64,000 nucleotides of DNA from a virus, in IMG/VR virus record IMGVR_UViG_3300021493_000001; one strand, written 5' to 3'. Numbering within the stretch: the first letter of the stretch is position 1; each line of letters begins with the position of its first letter. The position numbers and the translations under genes are program-made. The notes under the pieces were generated by a model. It made no database searches and was not told where the DNA came from. It saw only the letters and a list, made by a program, of their open reading frames with translations. Shown here piece after piece: positions 42,021-51,654 of this stretch.

Positions 42021-44981
42021 ATGAGAAGTCTGGACAGCACACAAAATTATTTACTAGGTAAAACTTATAAATCAGCCATTTGGCTGTTTGATATAACGGA
42101 TAAATATGATAATTCATACCACTGGTCAACTAGGGAATACACATACAATTCAACCACTTACTCTTTTAATATAGTAGATTTCCCTGGTATCACTTTAAAC
42201 CGAAATCAATCAGAAGCAGGTATCATCGCACCTAATGAAGTGAGAATTGAAATAGGAAACAAAGACAATGCTTACACGGCAGACAATTTTATAGATGGCA
42301 GTGTTTTAATTTACTTATTGATAGATGATACTCTGATTGCCAAATGGAAGTTTAACATTATAAGGGCTTATGGAAGCTATCAATCAATTACTTTAGAGTG
42401 TGAAGACTTCTTACAAAAGTATTTAGAAGGTGCATATCCTAACACGCAATATGTAAAAGCCTTATTCCCAGACAATTATTATGAAGATGAAGACCTTTGT
42501 GTGCCTGTATGTTTTGGCACTGCATACATTCCTTTACGGCCTGTGGAGATAGATGGGGATAGATATTACTTGCTCGGTTCTACTGACAATACTTATACAA
42601 TTGCCGAGGTTCATACACCTGCTGAATGGGGCATAAAACAGTCATGGTCTTCCTCTAGCTATACTTTTACTCAATCCACTAAGACAGACCAGTTCGGTAA
42701 CTCTTGGCGGGTGTTTCAGCCTATCATAGCTGATTCTAATTTAGATGGCACTCCAGATGCTTGTGGCGTATGGATTAGTGGGCAAAAGATACTGGATATG
42801 CCAACTAAATTTAGCTACAACACTACTACCAACCCAGCAAACATTATAAAAGAGATACTAAAAGATTTTGGTGTGCCTGATGATGAGATAGATGATGATT
42901 CATTTACCAGTGCAGCCTCTACTTTTACTAGTTGGGGTTTGGAGTGGAATGGTGGTTTTTGGAAAAAATCAACTAGACAGTCTATGCTATCCACTCTACT
43001 AAATATGTGCCATGCTAGAATACTGGTTAGAGATAAACTAGTGCTGTCTGTCCTATCTAAGACAAGCCAAAAGACAATTACCACTTCATTAGTAGTCAAG
43101 GAAAGCTTTGATTACTCCAAACTATCAGAGGAGCTATCTGATAGTGGGTATGTGGCATGGCAAAAAGAGGACGAGCCACAGGACAATATGCTTAAAGCCT
43201 TAGTCCCAGGTAAAGGTTCTACCACTGATTATATTAGCGATGAAACAGTATTTATTCCTTGGGTTCAAAATGCAGTTCATGTCCAAAAGCTAGCCTGCTT
43301 AGTGTTTCAGCGTAAGTTTTTCAAAGTTGCTCAAATATCTTTTACTGGTAGAAGTGAATTGCTGGCACTTGAACCAGGGGATGTAATCACAATAAATGGA
43401 GATAACTATGGTGGTGAGTATAAAGTAGTCATAGACAGTATAGAGATAGGTAGTGATTTACTGGTCAAGGTGACAGCTACCCGATACTCCATTGAGCTGG
43501 ATGATTGGGACGATTTAACTCAGTTTAGTGATATAACCATTTATACCACCGTCCCCTCTGCATGGGAAAACTTGCCTTCAGGTTATGGTTATGGGTTGCG
43601 CTGGGATAGAGACCAAGCTACCTTGTTTGTAGCGGGCACAGTTAGAGTTACTGGTGGTTTTATTGCTGATGCTGGTGGTTTTATCCGTTCGGGGCAAACT
43701 GCTTTTGATACAGGCACAGGGTTTTTCCTAGGTGCAAATGATAGTGGCACTCCACTGTTCTCTGTGGGTAGTTCTAGTGGGAAAAAGATTACATGGAATG
43801 GCACAACATTGACAATCAAAGGGGACTTAGTATTTGACAGCTATAATTACTGGTATCCTGGGGGGAATTTTAGAGTTGGTTCTAGCAGCCATTATTTGTA
43901 TTGGGATGGCTCAACCTTTACTGTTCAAGGCAAACTGGTTGCACAGAGTGGCTCTAGTATTCATGGTGCTTATATAACAGATGCTACCATTACCAATGTC
44001 AAGATTTCTGATATATCGGCTACAAAAATCAATGCAGGATATATTGTTACTACGCAGTTGGATACAGGCTCTCCCCCTTCTACTGGATGTATTTTAGATG
44101 GCAATGGCTTACGAGCTTATAAATCAGGCACAATGGTAGTGGATATAAGTGAAGACCCATATTTTAGAGGTGAAGCTCATTTGGGGGATGATAATGATTT
44201 TGTGCAAATTGGTGAGCAAAATACTCTTTGTCAGGTTCGTTTTTATGCAGATGGAGTGTTGCAGGGCCGTGTTTTTTCTTTAGCTTATAACACAGGCGAT
44301 ATATATGTTGAAGCTAATGATAATTTAATTTTACAAGCAGGCACTGGAGGCGATGTTTCTATCAAAGCAAATGCTGAAGCTAGATTGAAGATTTCTAGTG
44401 ACATCACTATTTATAGGTCGGTAAAACCGTATTCAAATATTACTTATGACCTTGGGAGTAGCTCTTATGCATGGAACAATATTTATGGGAAAAATGTTCG
44501 CACTGATGAGTTGTATGATAAGGGCACAGGTAGAATAGATTTTCATTGCAGGATAGCACCTTCATCGCATATTACCTATGATAATGGATTGAGTAACTAT
44601 GCTTGGAACAATGTTTATTATTGCACAGCAAATGGTGTTTGCTCACTTGGAATGGTGGAAGAAATAGCAGACCCGCTTGAACTACTCAAAAATATTAAGG
44701 CTAGCAAAGACAAATACACAACAAAGGAAATTCCCAAAGCAGATTATAAGACTTTACCCAAATTCATTAAGACAATAAAATACAGTGATTTAAAGAAAGA
44801 TGAAGAAGATTTTGAAGAGCATTTACAAAGTATTTTATCCAAAAATGCAGAAATAACTTATGAGGATGATAAAAAAGTAACGGTGAGAATAGAAGCATTG
44901 GATGTGACAGCTACTTTAAGCCTGTTGTTAGGTGCTATAAGGCAATTAAGTAAAAAGATAGAAGCGTTAGAAGGACATTAA
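42021..44981 (+). CDS. Tail tip/hub protein with S74-like intramolecular chaperone end
   Basis: Follows Dit-like domain; two TYDxGxSxYAWNNxY repeats; LLLGAIRQLSKKIEALE terminus. Confidence 0.75.
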   Translation: MRSLDSTQNYLLGKTYKSAIWLFDITDKYDNSYHWSTREYTYNSTTYSFNIVDFPGITLNRNQSEAGIIAPNEVRIEIGNKDNAYTADNFIDGSVLIYLLIDDTLIAKWKFNIIRAYGSYQSITLECEDFLQKYLEGAYPNTQYVKALFPDNYYEDEDLCVPVCFGTAYIPLRPVEIDGDRYYLLGSTDNTYTIAEVHTPAEWGIKQSWSSSSYTFTQSTKTDQFGNSWRVFQPIIADSNLDGTPDACGVWISGQKILDMPTKFSYNTTTNPANIIKEILKDFGVPDDEIDDDSFTSAASTFTSWGLEWNGGFWKKSTRQSMLSTLLNMCHARILVRDKLVLSVLSKTSQKTITTSLVVKESFDYSKLSEELSDSGYVAWQKEDEPQDNMLKALVPGKGSTTDYISDETVFIPWVQNAVHVQKLACLVFQRKFFKVAQISFTGRSELLALEPGDVITINGDNYGGEYKVVIDSIEIGSDLLVKVTATRYSIELDDWDDLTQFSDITIYTTVPSAWENLPSGYGYGLRWDRDQATLFVAGTVRVTGGFIADAGGFIRSGQTAFDTGTGFFLGANDSGTPLFSVGSSSGKKITWNGTTLTIKGDLVFDSYNYWYPGGNFRVGSSSHYLYWDGSTFTVQGKLVAQSGSSIHGAYITDATITNVKISDISATKINAGYIVTTQLDTGSPPSTGCILDGNGLRAYKSGTMVVDISEDPYFRGEAHLGDDNDFVQIGEQNTLCQVRFYADGVLQGRVFSLAYNTGDIYVEANDNLILQAGTGGDVSIKANAEARLKISSDITIYRSVKPYSNITYDLGSSSYAWNNIYGKNVRTDELYDKGTGRIDFHCRIAPSSHITYDNGLSNYAWNNVYYCTANGVCSLGMVEEIADPLELLKNIKASKDKYTTKEIPKADYKTLPKFIKTIKYSDLKKDEEDFEEHLQSILSKNAEITYEDDKKVTVRIEALDVTATLSLLLGAIRQLSKKIEALEGH

Positions 44982-45023
44982 GGAAAGAGGGTAAAATGAG
45001 TATAATAATATGGAGGGTAAGTA

Positions 45024-45608
45024 ATGAATAAGAGATTGGCTGAAGGGAGTTTATTGTTATTAGGGGTTTTTATGGTAGGGATTGTTACCATCCCACATCA
45101 TTTTACTTTCAGAAGTGACCCCTTGTTTAAAAGGGGTTTTGATATTCAAGGAGTATGGAGCTACTATGAGATGCGACTGCAAACAAACAACCGAGCAATT
45201 CCTACCTGTATTGGAACCACCAATGGGTTCTTGAAGTTTGATGTGAAAGAGAATAGATATGAGTATAGAATTGAGGGGGATAATGTGGATACGCATGGAG
45301 ATTATTTTTATGAGACCTCTTCCTACCCAGCCACTGTATATTTTGATGACATGGATTTATCTCATTGGCCTGTTGTTAATGTTAGGTTAAGTAGTGCTGA
45401 TTGGCTTCGTCTGAAAGTTGTAAATGAAAACTGTATGATGATATTTTTTTGGTTAGATGAACATAAGGTAACTATAACTTCAATGTTATATAGAACTAAC
45501 CAAGGTTATTTTAAAAGGCCATTTTATAGTTGCCCAACAATGCAAAAATATTACAGAGTTGAAGAGGGCTTAAACATATTGGACAATTGTGCAAGGGAAA
45601 GCAATTAA
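45024..45608 (+). CDS. Hypothetical protein with N-terminal hydrophobic anchor
   Basis: LLLLGVFMVGIVTI; GGAGG upstream. Confidence 0.6.
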   Translation: MNKRLAEGSLLLLGVFMVGIVTIPHHFTFRSDPLFKRGFDIQGVWSYYEMRLQTNNRAIPTCIGTTNGFLKFDVKENRYEYRIEGDNVDTHGDYFYETSSYPATVYFDDMDLSHWPVVNVRLSSADWLRLKVVNENCMMIFFWLDEHKVTITSMLYRTNQGYFKRPFYSCPTMQKYYRVEEGLNILDNCARESN

Positions 45609-45624
45609 AGGAGGGGCAATATAG

Positions 45625-46029
45625 ATGAAAAAGAAAGTAAAAGTAAAGAATGTGTTTTTTGAGAAGTTCGCTGTTGAGGCACAAAAACTCCAGCAAAAAC
45701 AGTTGCCTATGGTTCTCTCTTTTTGGATTACCCGTAACTTTGACAAAATAGGGAAAGAGGCTGAACCATATTTTACTATGAAGCGAAAGCTGGCAGAGAA
45801 ATACAGCGTGAAAGATGAAAAAGGCAAATTTAAAGTAGATGCTCAAGGTAATTATCAAATTGAAAATATATCTAAGTTTATTGAAGAGCTTAGGGAGCTA
45901 CAAGAGCAAGAGATAGAGATGGAGCTGGATGTAGTAAAAGTCAAACTAAAGGATTTGCAAAAGATAAAGGTAGAGATAACTCCAGCAGAGATGTCTTGTT
46001 TAACGCCGTTCTTAGAAATTGAAGAATAA
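45625..46029 (+). CDS. Conserved tail-module protein
   Basis: KLAEKYSVKDEKG...LQEQEIE...ITPAEMSCLTPFLE pattern. Confidence 0.7.
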   Translation: MKKKVKVKNVFFEKFAVEAQKLQQKQLPMVLSFWITRNFDKIGKEAEPYFTMKRKLAEKYSVKDEKGKFKVDAQGNYQIENISKFIEELRELQEQEIEMELDVVKVKLKDLQKIKVEITPAEMSCLTPFLEIEE

Positions 46030-46039
46030 GGAGGATTGA

Positions 46040-46285
46040 ATGGCAGAGATAAGTGAAGAAATCATAAGTAGCGAGTTATTAAGAAAGAAAAGGCGAGTGC
46101 AGTTTAAAGCACCTTCTGCAAGCACGGATGATACAATTGTATTAGGAGATTATACGACTGTTCATGGTTGTTGTCTTATGAAAGAGGATGGGACTTCAGT
46201 TGCTTGCACGGTATCAGGTAATGAAATTACAATAACAGGCAGTGCTAGCTCAGAAGATTTATACGGATTTGCCATTGTAAGTTAA
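46040..46285 (+). CDS. Small beta-rich hypothetical protein
   Basis: GAGG upstream; late operon. Confidence 0.65.
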   Translation: MAEISEEIISSELLRKKRRVQFKAPSASTDDTIVLGDYTTVHGCCLMKEDGTSVACTVSGNEITITGSASSEDLYGFAIVS

Positions 46286-46286
46286 A

Positions 46287-46478
46287 TTGAAATGGAGAGT
46301 AGAAAAACATGCTGATGAGTGGTGGATTAGAATTAAATATAATATGTTCCAGTTAAGAGAGACAGAGATAGTGATGGTAGAGGTAGAAGACTTGCTTTAT
46401 GCAGGTTCAAATAAAAAAGATGAAAATAAAATGGCTAAATTATTTAGAAAAATATATGGTAAGGAGGTTCAGGAATGA
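46287..46478 (+). CDS. Hypothetical protein
   Basis: Fills gap; ATGA overlap downstream. Confidence 0.5.
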   Translation: MKWRVEKHADEWWIRIKYNMFQLRETEIVMVEVEDLLYAGSNKKDENKMAKLFRKIYGKEVQE

Positions 46479-46885
46479 GAAAATTAATTACTACATTAGC
46501 TTTTGTATTAATGCTTTTACCTTTATTGGCTGGTGCTGTGGTTCATACCTACATCATCGTTCCAGAGGCTACAGCAATGGATTTTATAGCTCGGTGGGGT
46601 TATGACTGTCCTGGCTGGGAAACAAAGTTTGTCTTGTATTTGAAAAATCCAGACGATACTTGGACACAAATACAGGAGTTTACCTCTAAATGCAGTGATG
46701 GTGAAACAGGCATGAAGAGTTTTGAAGAGGCTTTTACTTATGATGTTATCTCAGTTGGACAAAATTACACATTTGGTTTAAGCGCGAAGAATGCAGATAA
46801 TGAAAGTGGCAAAACTGAGGTAACAATCTATATTCCCTATCCAGTGCCTGAAGTTCCTCAAAGCTTTCAAGTGGAGGTTCAATGA
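46475..46885 (+). CDS. Signal-peptide protein with fibronectin-III-like body
   Basis: MRKLITTLAFVLMLLPLLAGA; YTFGLSAKNADNESG. Confidence 0.65.
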   Translation: MRKLITTLAFVLMLLPLLAGAVVHTYIIVPEATAMDFIARWGYDCPGWETKFVLYLKNPDDTWTQIQEFTSKCSDGETGMKSFEEAFTYDVISVGQNYTFGLSAKNADNESGKTEVTIYIPYPVPEVPQSFQVEVQ

Positions 46886-47403
46886 TGCCTGCTGAATTGC
46901 TTGTAAAAGCTTGTGATGCAACCCACAGCAATGAAGTAAAAGACCTGCGGGGTTGCTATAAAAAAGGCTATGTGGTTGTAATTAAGCCTGATGGTTGGAA
47001 ATGGGGTAAGGAAGAACTAAACAAAGAAAAGTTCTATATTATCCGAGTTAAGGATGCTGAGCCAGAGGATTTGGTTCATCTTCTTGATTTTCATAAAATA
47101 ATTATTGGCTCTAGGTATCATGCTGTATCAGATAAACTTGGTGTTCTTGTTACAAGCACAGACAAAGACACTGCACAAAGTGAATGCCTGAAAAAATGTA
47201 AACTAGTGGCTCAAGAGTTAAGTCATTTTGGAGTAACAGTGAATGAGCCAGACTACAATATCAAAGTTGAAGAAGAACCAGAAATCCATACAATAGCACG
47301 GAGGCGGTATAAGATTGATGTTAGTGGAATAGAGGATAGTTTAAAGAAAGGCATAGTTGAGGTAAGTGCAAAAGATTTAAAAATCGTTGACCAGAGGCAA
47401 TAA
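46882..47403 (+). CDS. Conserved hypothetical protein
   Basis: YKKGYVVVIKPDGWKWGKEE pattern; tight overlaps. Confidence 0.7.
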   Translation: MMPAELLVKACDATHSNEVKDLRGCYKKGYVVVIKPDGWKWGKEELNKEKFYIIRVKDAEPEDLVHLLDFHKIIIGSRYHAVSDKLGVLVTSTDKDTAQSECLKKCKLVAQELSHFGVTVNEPDYNIKVEEEPEIHTIARRRYKIDVSGIEDSLKKGIVEVSAKDLKIVDQRQ

Positions 47404-49448
47404 TGGCAACTGAGAGTGTTAAAATAGTTGACCCAGACAATGGTGCAGGGACGGATTATACCAGCTTGAGTGCTTGGGAAGCAGGAGAACAAAAGGATTT
47501 GGTAACAGCTGATGAGATAGCTGTTGCTAAATGCCGATGCACGGGTGGAAGTGCAGACACTTCTTATGTAGATATTGATGGATGGACTACTGATGAAACT
47601 CATTATATTAAGATTTGGACTGACCCAAGTGAAAATTATAGGCATGATGGGAAATGGAATACGAGTAAATATCGGTTGGACGGGACTACAGCTTGGAATC
47701 TTTTTACAATAGATGAAGCTTACGTCAAAGCAGAAGGCATCCAAGTTGGCCTTAGTAGTAGCAATAATCGAAGAGGTATCAATATTGGCCCAAATGCTAG
47801 CGGTAAGATTGATGTTTCCTATTGTATCGTAAAAGCGAGTGTAACTCTGAATAGTTACGGATATGGCATTCGTGTTGGTGCCCCATCTGGGTCTATTGTG
47901 AGAATATGGAATAATTTAGTATATGATATTGTAAATTCGGATGGAGATGGAACAGGTATTAGTTCAGGTAGCTATGAAGCTTATGTTTATAATAATACAG
48001 TTATAGATTGTGGTGAATATGGTATTTTTTGTGGGGGTTCCAACTCAGTCGTAAAAAATTGTTTATGCAAAGGTAATGGCACTGATTTTGCGGCTTGGGG
48101 GGATGATTGGTCTACTAATTCTGATTATAATGCTTCCTCAGATGGAACAGCACCTGGAGCTAATTCAAGAACAAACCAAACCTTCACCTTTGTTGATGAA
48201 GCAAATGATAACTTCCACTTGGCTTCCAATGATGCTGGGGCAAAGGATTACGGCACAGATTTATCCTCCGACCCAAACTTAGCCTTTTCAGATGACATAG
48301 ACGGTGAGACACGAAGCGGAACTTGGGATATTGGAGCGGATGAGTATGTGGCGGCTGGAGGAGCAATAACTAAGATAATGGATGAAACTATCTCAGTATC
48401 TGAAACTCTAATAAGACGGCTTTATGCAAATCGTTTTATCGGAGAAACAGTTGCAATTACTGAAACTATGCCAAGGAGAGGGTATTCAAATCGTTTGATG
48501 GACGAGACAGTTTCTATATCTGAAGGAATATTAAGAAGACTAAGGTCAAATAGAATTATAAACGAGACAATATCAATTGCTGAAGCATTATCTCGTAGAG
48601 CATTCTCAACTAGAGTTATAAATGAAACACTAAGCATAACTGAGACAGTGCTTAGGCGATTAAGAGCTATAAGGATTATCAGTGAGACTATATCCATATC
48701 TGAAAGCTTGGTTAGAAGATTACGGTCGGTAAGATTAATCAATGAAACGGTTAGTATAACAGAGAGCTTTGTCCGTTCATGTGTTAGCACGGTAGTTAAG
48801 ATAATGAGTGAAACAGTGTCTATAACAGAAACTTTAGTAAGACGGTTGCATTCAAGGAGAATAATGGATGAGACACTATCAATCTCTGAAGGAATTTTGA
48901 GGCGTCTTCGTTCAGTTAGAGCTATGGCAGAGAATATCTCCATAAGTGAGGTATTAAGTCGTAGAGCATTTTTGACTAAGATAATCAATGAAACTGTAAG
49001 CATTACTGAGACTTTTGTTCGCTCTTGTATAGCGGGTATTGTAAAAATAATGGATGAGACAGTTTCTATAACGGAAGGTTTAATAAGAAAATGCACTAGC
49101 AATAGAATAATGCAGGAAACATTGAGCATTCTTGAAATTTTGAATAGAAAATGTAAAATGTCAAAGATAATGGCTGAAACAATGTCTATTGCAGAAACAA
49201 TTGTTAGAAGATGTAGAGCAACCAGAGTTTTAAATGAAACTGTTAATATTACTGAAACAGTTGTCCGTTCTTGTGTTGCTACATTAGTAAAGATTATGAA
49301 TGAAGTCATAACAATTTCAGAAGGTTTAGTCAAAATTACAACCTTGGTAAAACTAGCAGTTGGTAAAATCAGTTTTCAAGCTCACCGTGCATCAGTAAGT
49401 TTCAAAAAGTTTATGGCTAAAATAAGCTTTTTAAGAAAAGGAGATTAA
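47403..49448 (+). CDS. Beta-helix head plus 16-repeat shaft (fibre/adhesin-like)
   Basis: DYTSLSAWEA start; DIDGETRSGTWDIGADE; 20/22-aa repeats at 48375-49352. Confidence 0.75.
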   Translation: MATESVKIVDPDNGAGTDYTSLSAWEAGEQKDLVTADEIAVAKCRCTGGSADTSYVDIDGWTTDETHYIKIWTDPSENYRHDGKWNTSKYRLDGTTAWNLFTIDEAYVKAEGIQVGLSSSNNRRGINIGPNASGKIDVSYCIVKASVTLNSYGYGIRVGAPSGSIVRIWNNLVYDIVNSDGDGTGISSGSYEAYVYNNTVIDCGEYGIFCGGSNSVVKNCLCKGNGTDFAAWGDDWSTNSDYNASSDGTAPGANSRTNQTFTFVDEANDNFHLASNDAGAKDYGTDLSSDPNLAFSDDIDGETRSGTWDIGADEYVAAGGAITKIMDETISVSETLIRRLYANRFIGETVAITETMPRRGYSNRLMDETVSISEGILRRLRSNRIINETISIAEALSRRAFSTRVINETLSITETVLRRLRAIRIISETISISESLVRRLRSVRLINETVSITESFVRSCVSTVVKIMSETVSITETLVRRLHSRRIMDETLSISEGILRRLRSVRAMAENISISEVLSRRAFLTKIINETVSITETFVRSCIAGIVKIMDETVSITEGLIRKCTSNRIMQETLSILEILNRKCKMSKIMAETMSIAETIVRRCRATRVLNETVNITETVVRSCVATLVKIMNEVITISEGLVKITTLVKLAVGKISFQAHRASVSFKKFMAKISFLRKGD

Positions 49449-49667
49449 ATGTTTAAAAAATTAATACAAAGATTTGATTATCTGCATGATAAATTATTTG
49501 AAAGATTAATTAATCAGAAATGGTATAGACGGATTTTTGGTCGTTATTTCACTTCACTTTATATAACTAAAGATAATATTAAAGGAAGTGTAGAATGGTG
49601 CTTAGTGAAAGGTTTTGATAAGGAAGGTGGATACATAGCGAGATTTAAATTCAGGAAGCGGGATTAA
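49449..49667 (+). CDS. Hypothetical protein
   Basis: Directly abuts upstream stop; AAGGAG upstream. Confidence 0.55.
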   Translation: MFKKLIQRFDYLHDKLFERLINQKWYRRIFGRYFTSLYITKDNIKGSVEWCLVKGFDKEGGYIARFKFRKRD

Positions 49668-49708
49668 GAATATTGGGCAATGTTATATATTTAAGGAGAA
49701 AATGTAAA

Positions 49709-49843
49709 ATGCTTAAAAGACTACTCAGAAAAATCTTACGATATGTAAGAGAAAAAATGATAAGGGAAAAAATTGATATTTCAGATAATATGATTGTGGT
49801 TTTAAATCCAAAGAAGGAGGGAAAGAAGAATGTTACTCGGTAA
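49709..49843 (+). CDS. 44-aa basic hypothetical protein
   Basis: Hand-translated MLKRLLRKILRYVREK...; AAGGAG upstream. Confidence 0.4.
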   Translation: MLKRLLRKILRYVREKMIREKIDISDNMIVVLNPKKEGKKNVTR

Positions 49844-50402
49844 GAAGATTAAGTTGGGTAGGTTTGGAAAGATTTGGGTGCCATTAAGGGTAATGTTTGA
49901 TGAAGAATTAGCTTTACTGTCTGATGCTCTTGTTGTTCTTGTGAACGAAAAGACAGCAGACCGTATTATTATCCCTGGACGCAATATTGTAACCGATGCG
50001 GGTGATACATATTATGCTCAAAAGGCTTGTGGTGAAACTCCAACCAATGATTTTAATTCCCTTTATTTAGCAACAGCAGGCCCTGACCCAGTTGGCAAAT
50101 CAGATGATTATGATGATTTTACAGTAGCTAGTGGCAGTGAAAAAGCCGTAAGCACAGGTTATCCTAAAACTAATGATGATGACAGTGATAATACAGGTAG
50201 TGGTGTAGATGTCATAACTTGGAAATTTGAATATTCAACTAGTGATGGGCCTTTTAGTAGCATAACTCATTCATTTATTTCAGTAGCTTCTGCTAGCAGT
50301 GGTAGTGCAATATTGAATAGTTACAAATGGGCATCTAGCTGGGATAAAGATGGCTCAACCTCTTGTAAAGTATTTGCAAACCATACTGAGAATGGGACAT
50401 AA
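49830..50402 (+). CDS. Conserved virion-associated protein
   Basis: RNIVTDAGDTYYAQ pattern; Ser/Thr/Asp-rich. Confidence 0.65.
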   Translation: MLLGKKIKLGRFGKIWVPLRVMFDEELALLSDALVVLVNEKTADRIIIPGRNIVTDAGDTYYAQKACGETPTNDFNSLYLATAGPDPVGKSDDYDDFTVASGSEKAVSTGYPKTNDDDSDNTGSGVDVITWKFEYSTSDGPFSSITHSFISVASASSGSAILNSYKWASSWDKDGSTSCKVFANHTENGT

Positions 50403-50405
50403 GCA

Positions 50406-50759
50406 ATGCCAATAGATTTAGAATTTAGCATTACTGAAAAAGGTAGTGTGGCAATTCAGGCTAGCTTTACTGATGAGGATGGCGATGCTATCTCGGCTAG
50501 CCTGATAAAATCCATTAAATGGACGCTGAAAGATGTATTTACTGGCAGGATTGTAAATAATAGAGAGGATGTTTCTGTTGATGTGGATAATCCTGTTTAT
50601 ATTTTCTTATCAGATGATGATTTGAAAATTATCAATAGGCGAAATGAAACAGAACAAAAGGAATTGATTGTTGATGTTATTTATGACAGCAAATATAAAA
50701 CCAATGCGAGATTACATGAGTCATGTTTATTTAAGGTTGCTAGATTGACTTCTGGTTAG
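50406..50759 (+). CDS. Beta-sandwich hypothetical protein
   Basis: FTDEDG...IKWTLKD...GRIVNNRED pattern. Confidence 0.6.
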   Translation: MPIDLEFSITEKGSVAIQASFTDEDGDAISASLIKSIKWTLKDVFTGRIVNNREDVSVDVDNPVYIFLSDDDLKIINRRNETEQKELIVDVIYDSKYKTNARLHESCLFKVARLTSG

Positions 50760-50791
50760 TTGGTGTAATAATAAGTTAGAGGTTTTTTTAA

Positions 50792-51466
50792 ATGACCAAA
50801 GAAGAATTTTTAAAAAGAATAGATAAAGAATTAAAGGATACGGCTAAATTTCTTAATGACCCTGATAAATCTCAAGCCTTGGATGATGCAATTTATCAAT
50901 ACTCAAAGGACAGACCCAGAATTAGAATGAAAGAGTATGATGGTGATGGTAGTAGCTATGATTTCTTATTGCCTGATGATTTCATTGGAACTTTCAGTTG
51001 GATAAAAATGGTGGAATATCCAGCAGGAAAGCAAGAACCTAGAATTATTAAAGAAGAGAAATACGCTGTTTATTTCAAGAATGAACTTTATTATCTCCGT
51101 TTGAAGTATGATACTCCGTCTTCCAGTGAGAGTTTAAGAGTATGGTATACTACTTTACATAACGAGGGAACAATCCCAGAGAGTGATACAAGACTGGTTG
51201 TTAAATTGGCTACTTCTTATTGTTTTAGAATGTTAGCGGCTAGATTTGCTCAATCCAAAGACAGCACCATTGATGCTGATGTAGTGGATTATAGAAGTAA
51301 AACAAGTCAATATACAGCTTTAGCAGATAAGCTTGAGAATGAATATAACCGAGTAATCGGAAGAGGGAAAACAGGACACACTCCTGCATTTTCATTCAAG
51401 GATTGGGATAGAACTCTAAGTGAAGGCAAAGGCAAGTTCCTTTTCCACAGACCTCTGTATAGATAA
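50792..51466 (+). CDS. Head-tail adaptor-like protein
   Basis: ALDDAIYQYSKDRP...LATSYCFRMLA...LADKLENEY pattern. Confidence 0.6.
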   Translation: MTKEEFLKRIDKELKDTAKFLNDPDKSQALDDAIYQYSKDRPRIRMKEYDGDGSSYDFLLPDDFIGTFSWIKMVEYPAGKQEPRIIKEEKYAVYFKNELYYLRLKYDTPSSSESLRVWYTTLHNEGTIPESDTRLVVKLATSYCFRMLAARFAQSKDSTIDADVVDYRSKTSQYTALADKLENEYNRVIGRGKTGHTPAFSFKDWDRTLSEGKGKFLFHRPLYR

Positions 51467-51654
51467 TGGCGGTTGAAATATTCAACATAGAGAAGGCATT
51501 AAAAGACGAGATTAAACGATTACGCAAGGCTAAAACTGAAACTGTGAATAATTTACATGAAATTTATATGGGTAAGAAGGGTAGGCTTAAAACTAAATTA
51601 CGAAAAAGGTTAAAGGAAATTTTTGATTTATATAAAGAGGAGAAAGATGATTAA
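51466..51654 (+). CDS. Small basic protein
   Basis: Tight overlaps on both sides. Confidence 0.55.
   Translation: MAVEIFNIEKALKDEIKRLRKAKTETVNNLHEIYMGKKGRLKTKLRKRLKEIFDLYKEEKDD

Noticed and set aside
48422-49333. 303-aa minus-strand ORF
   Set aside because: Antisense by-product of the 20-aa repeat region
38486-49448. Diversity-generating retroelement acting on fibre genes
   Set aside because: No reverse transcriptase and no near-identical template/variable repeat pair seen
49709-49900. Small ORF as a partial duplicate of the next gene's N-terminus
   Set aside because: Similarity (EKIDISDNMIVVLN vs EELALLSDALVVLVN) is too short and weak to support
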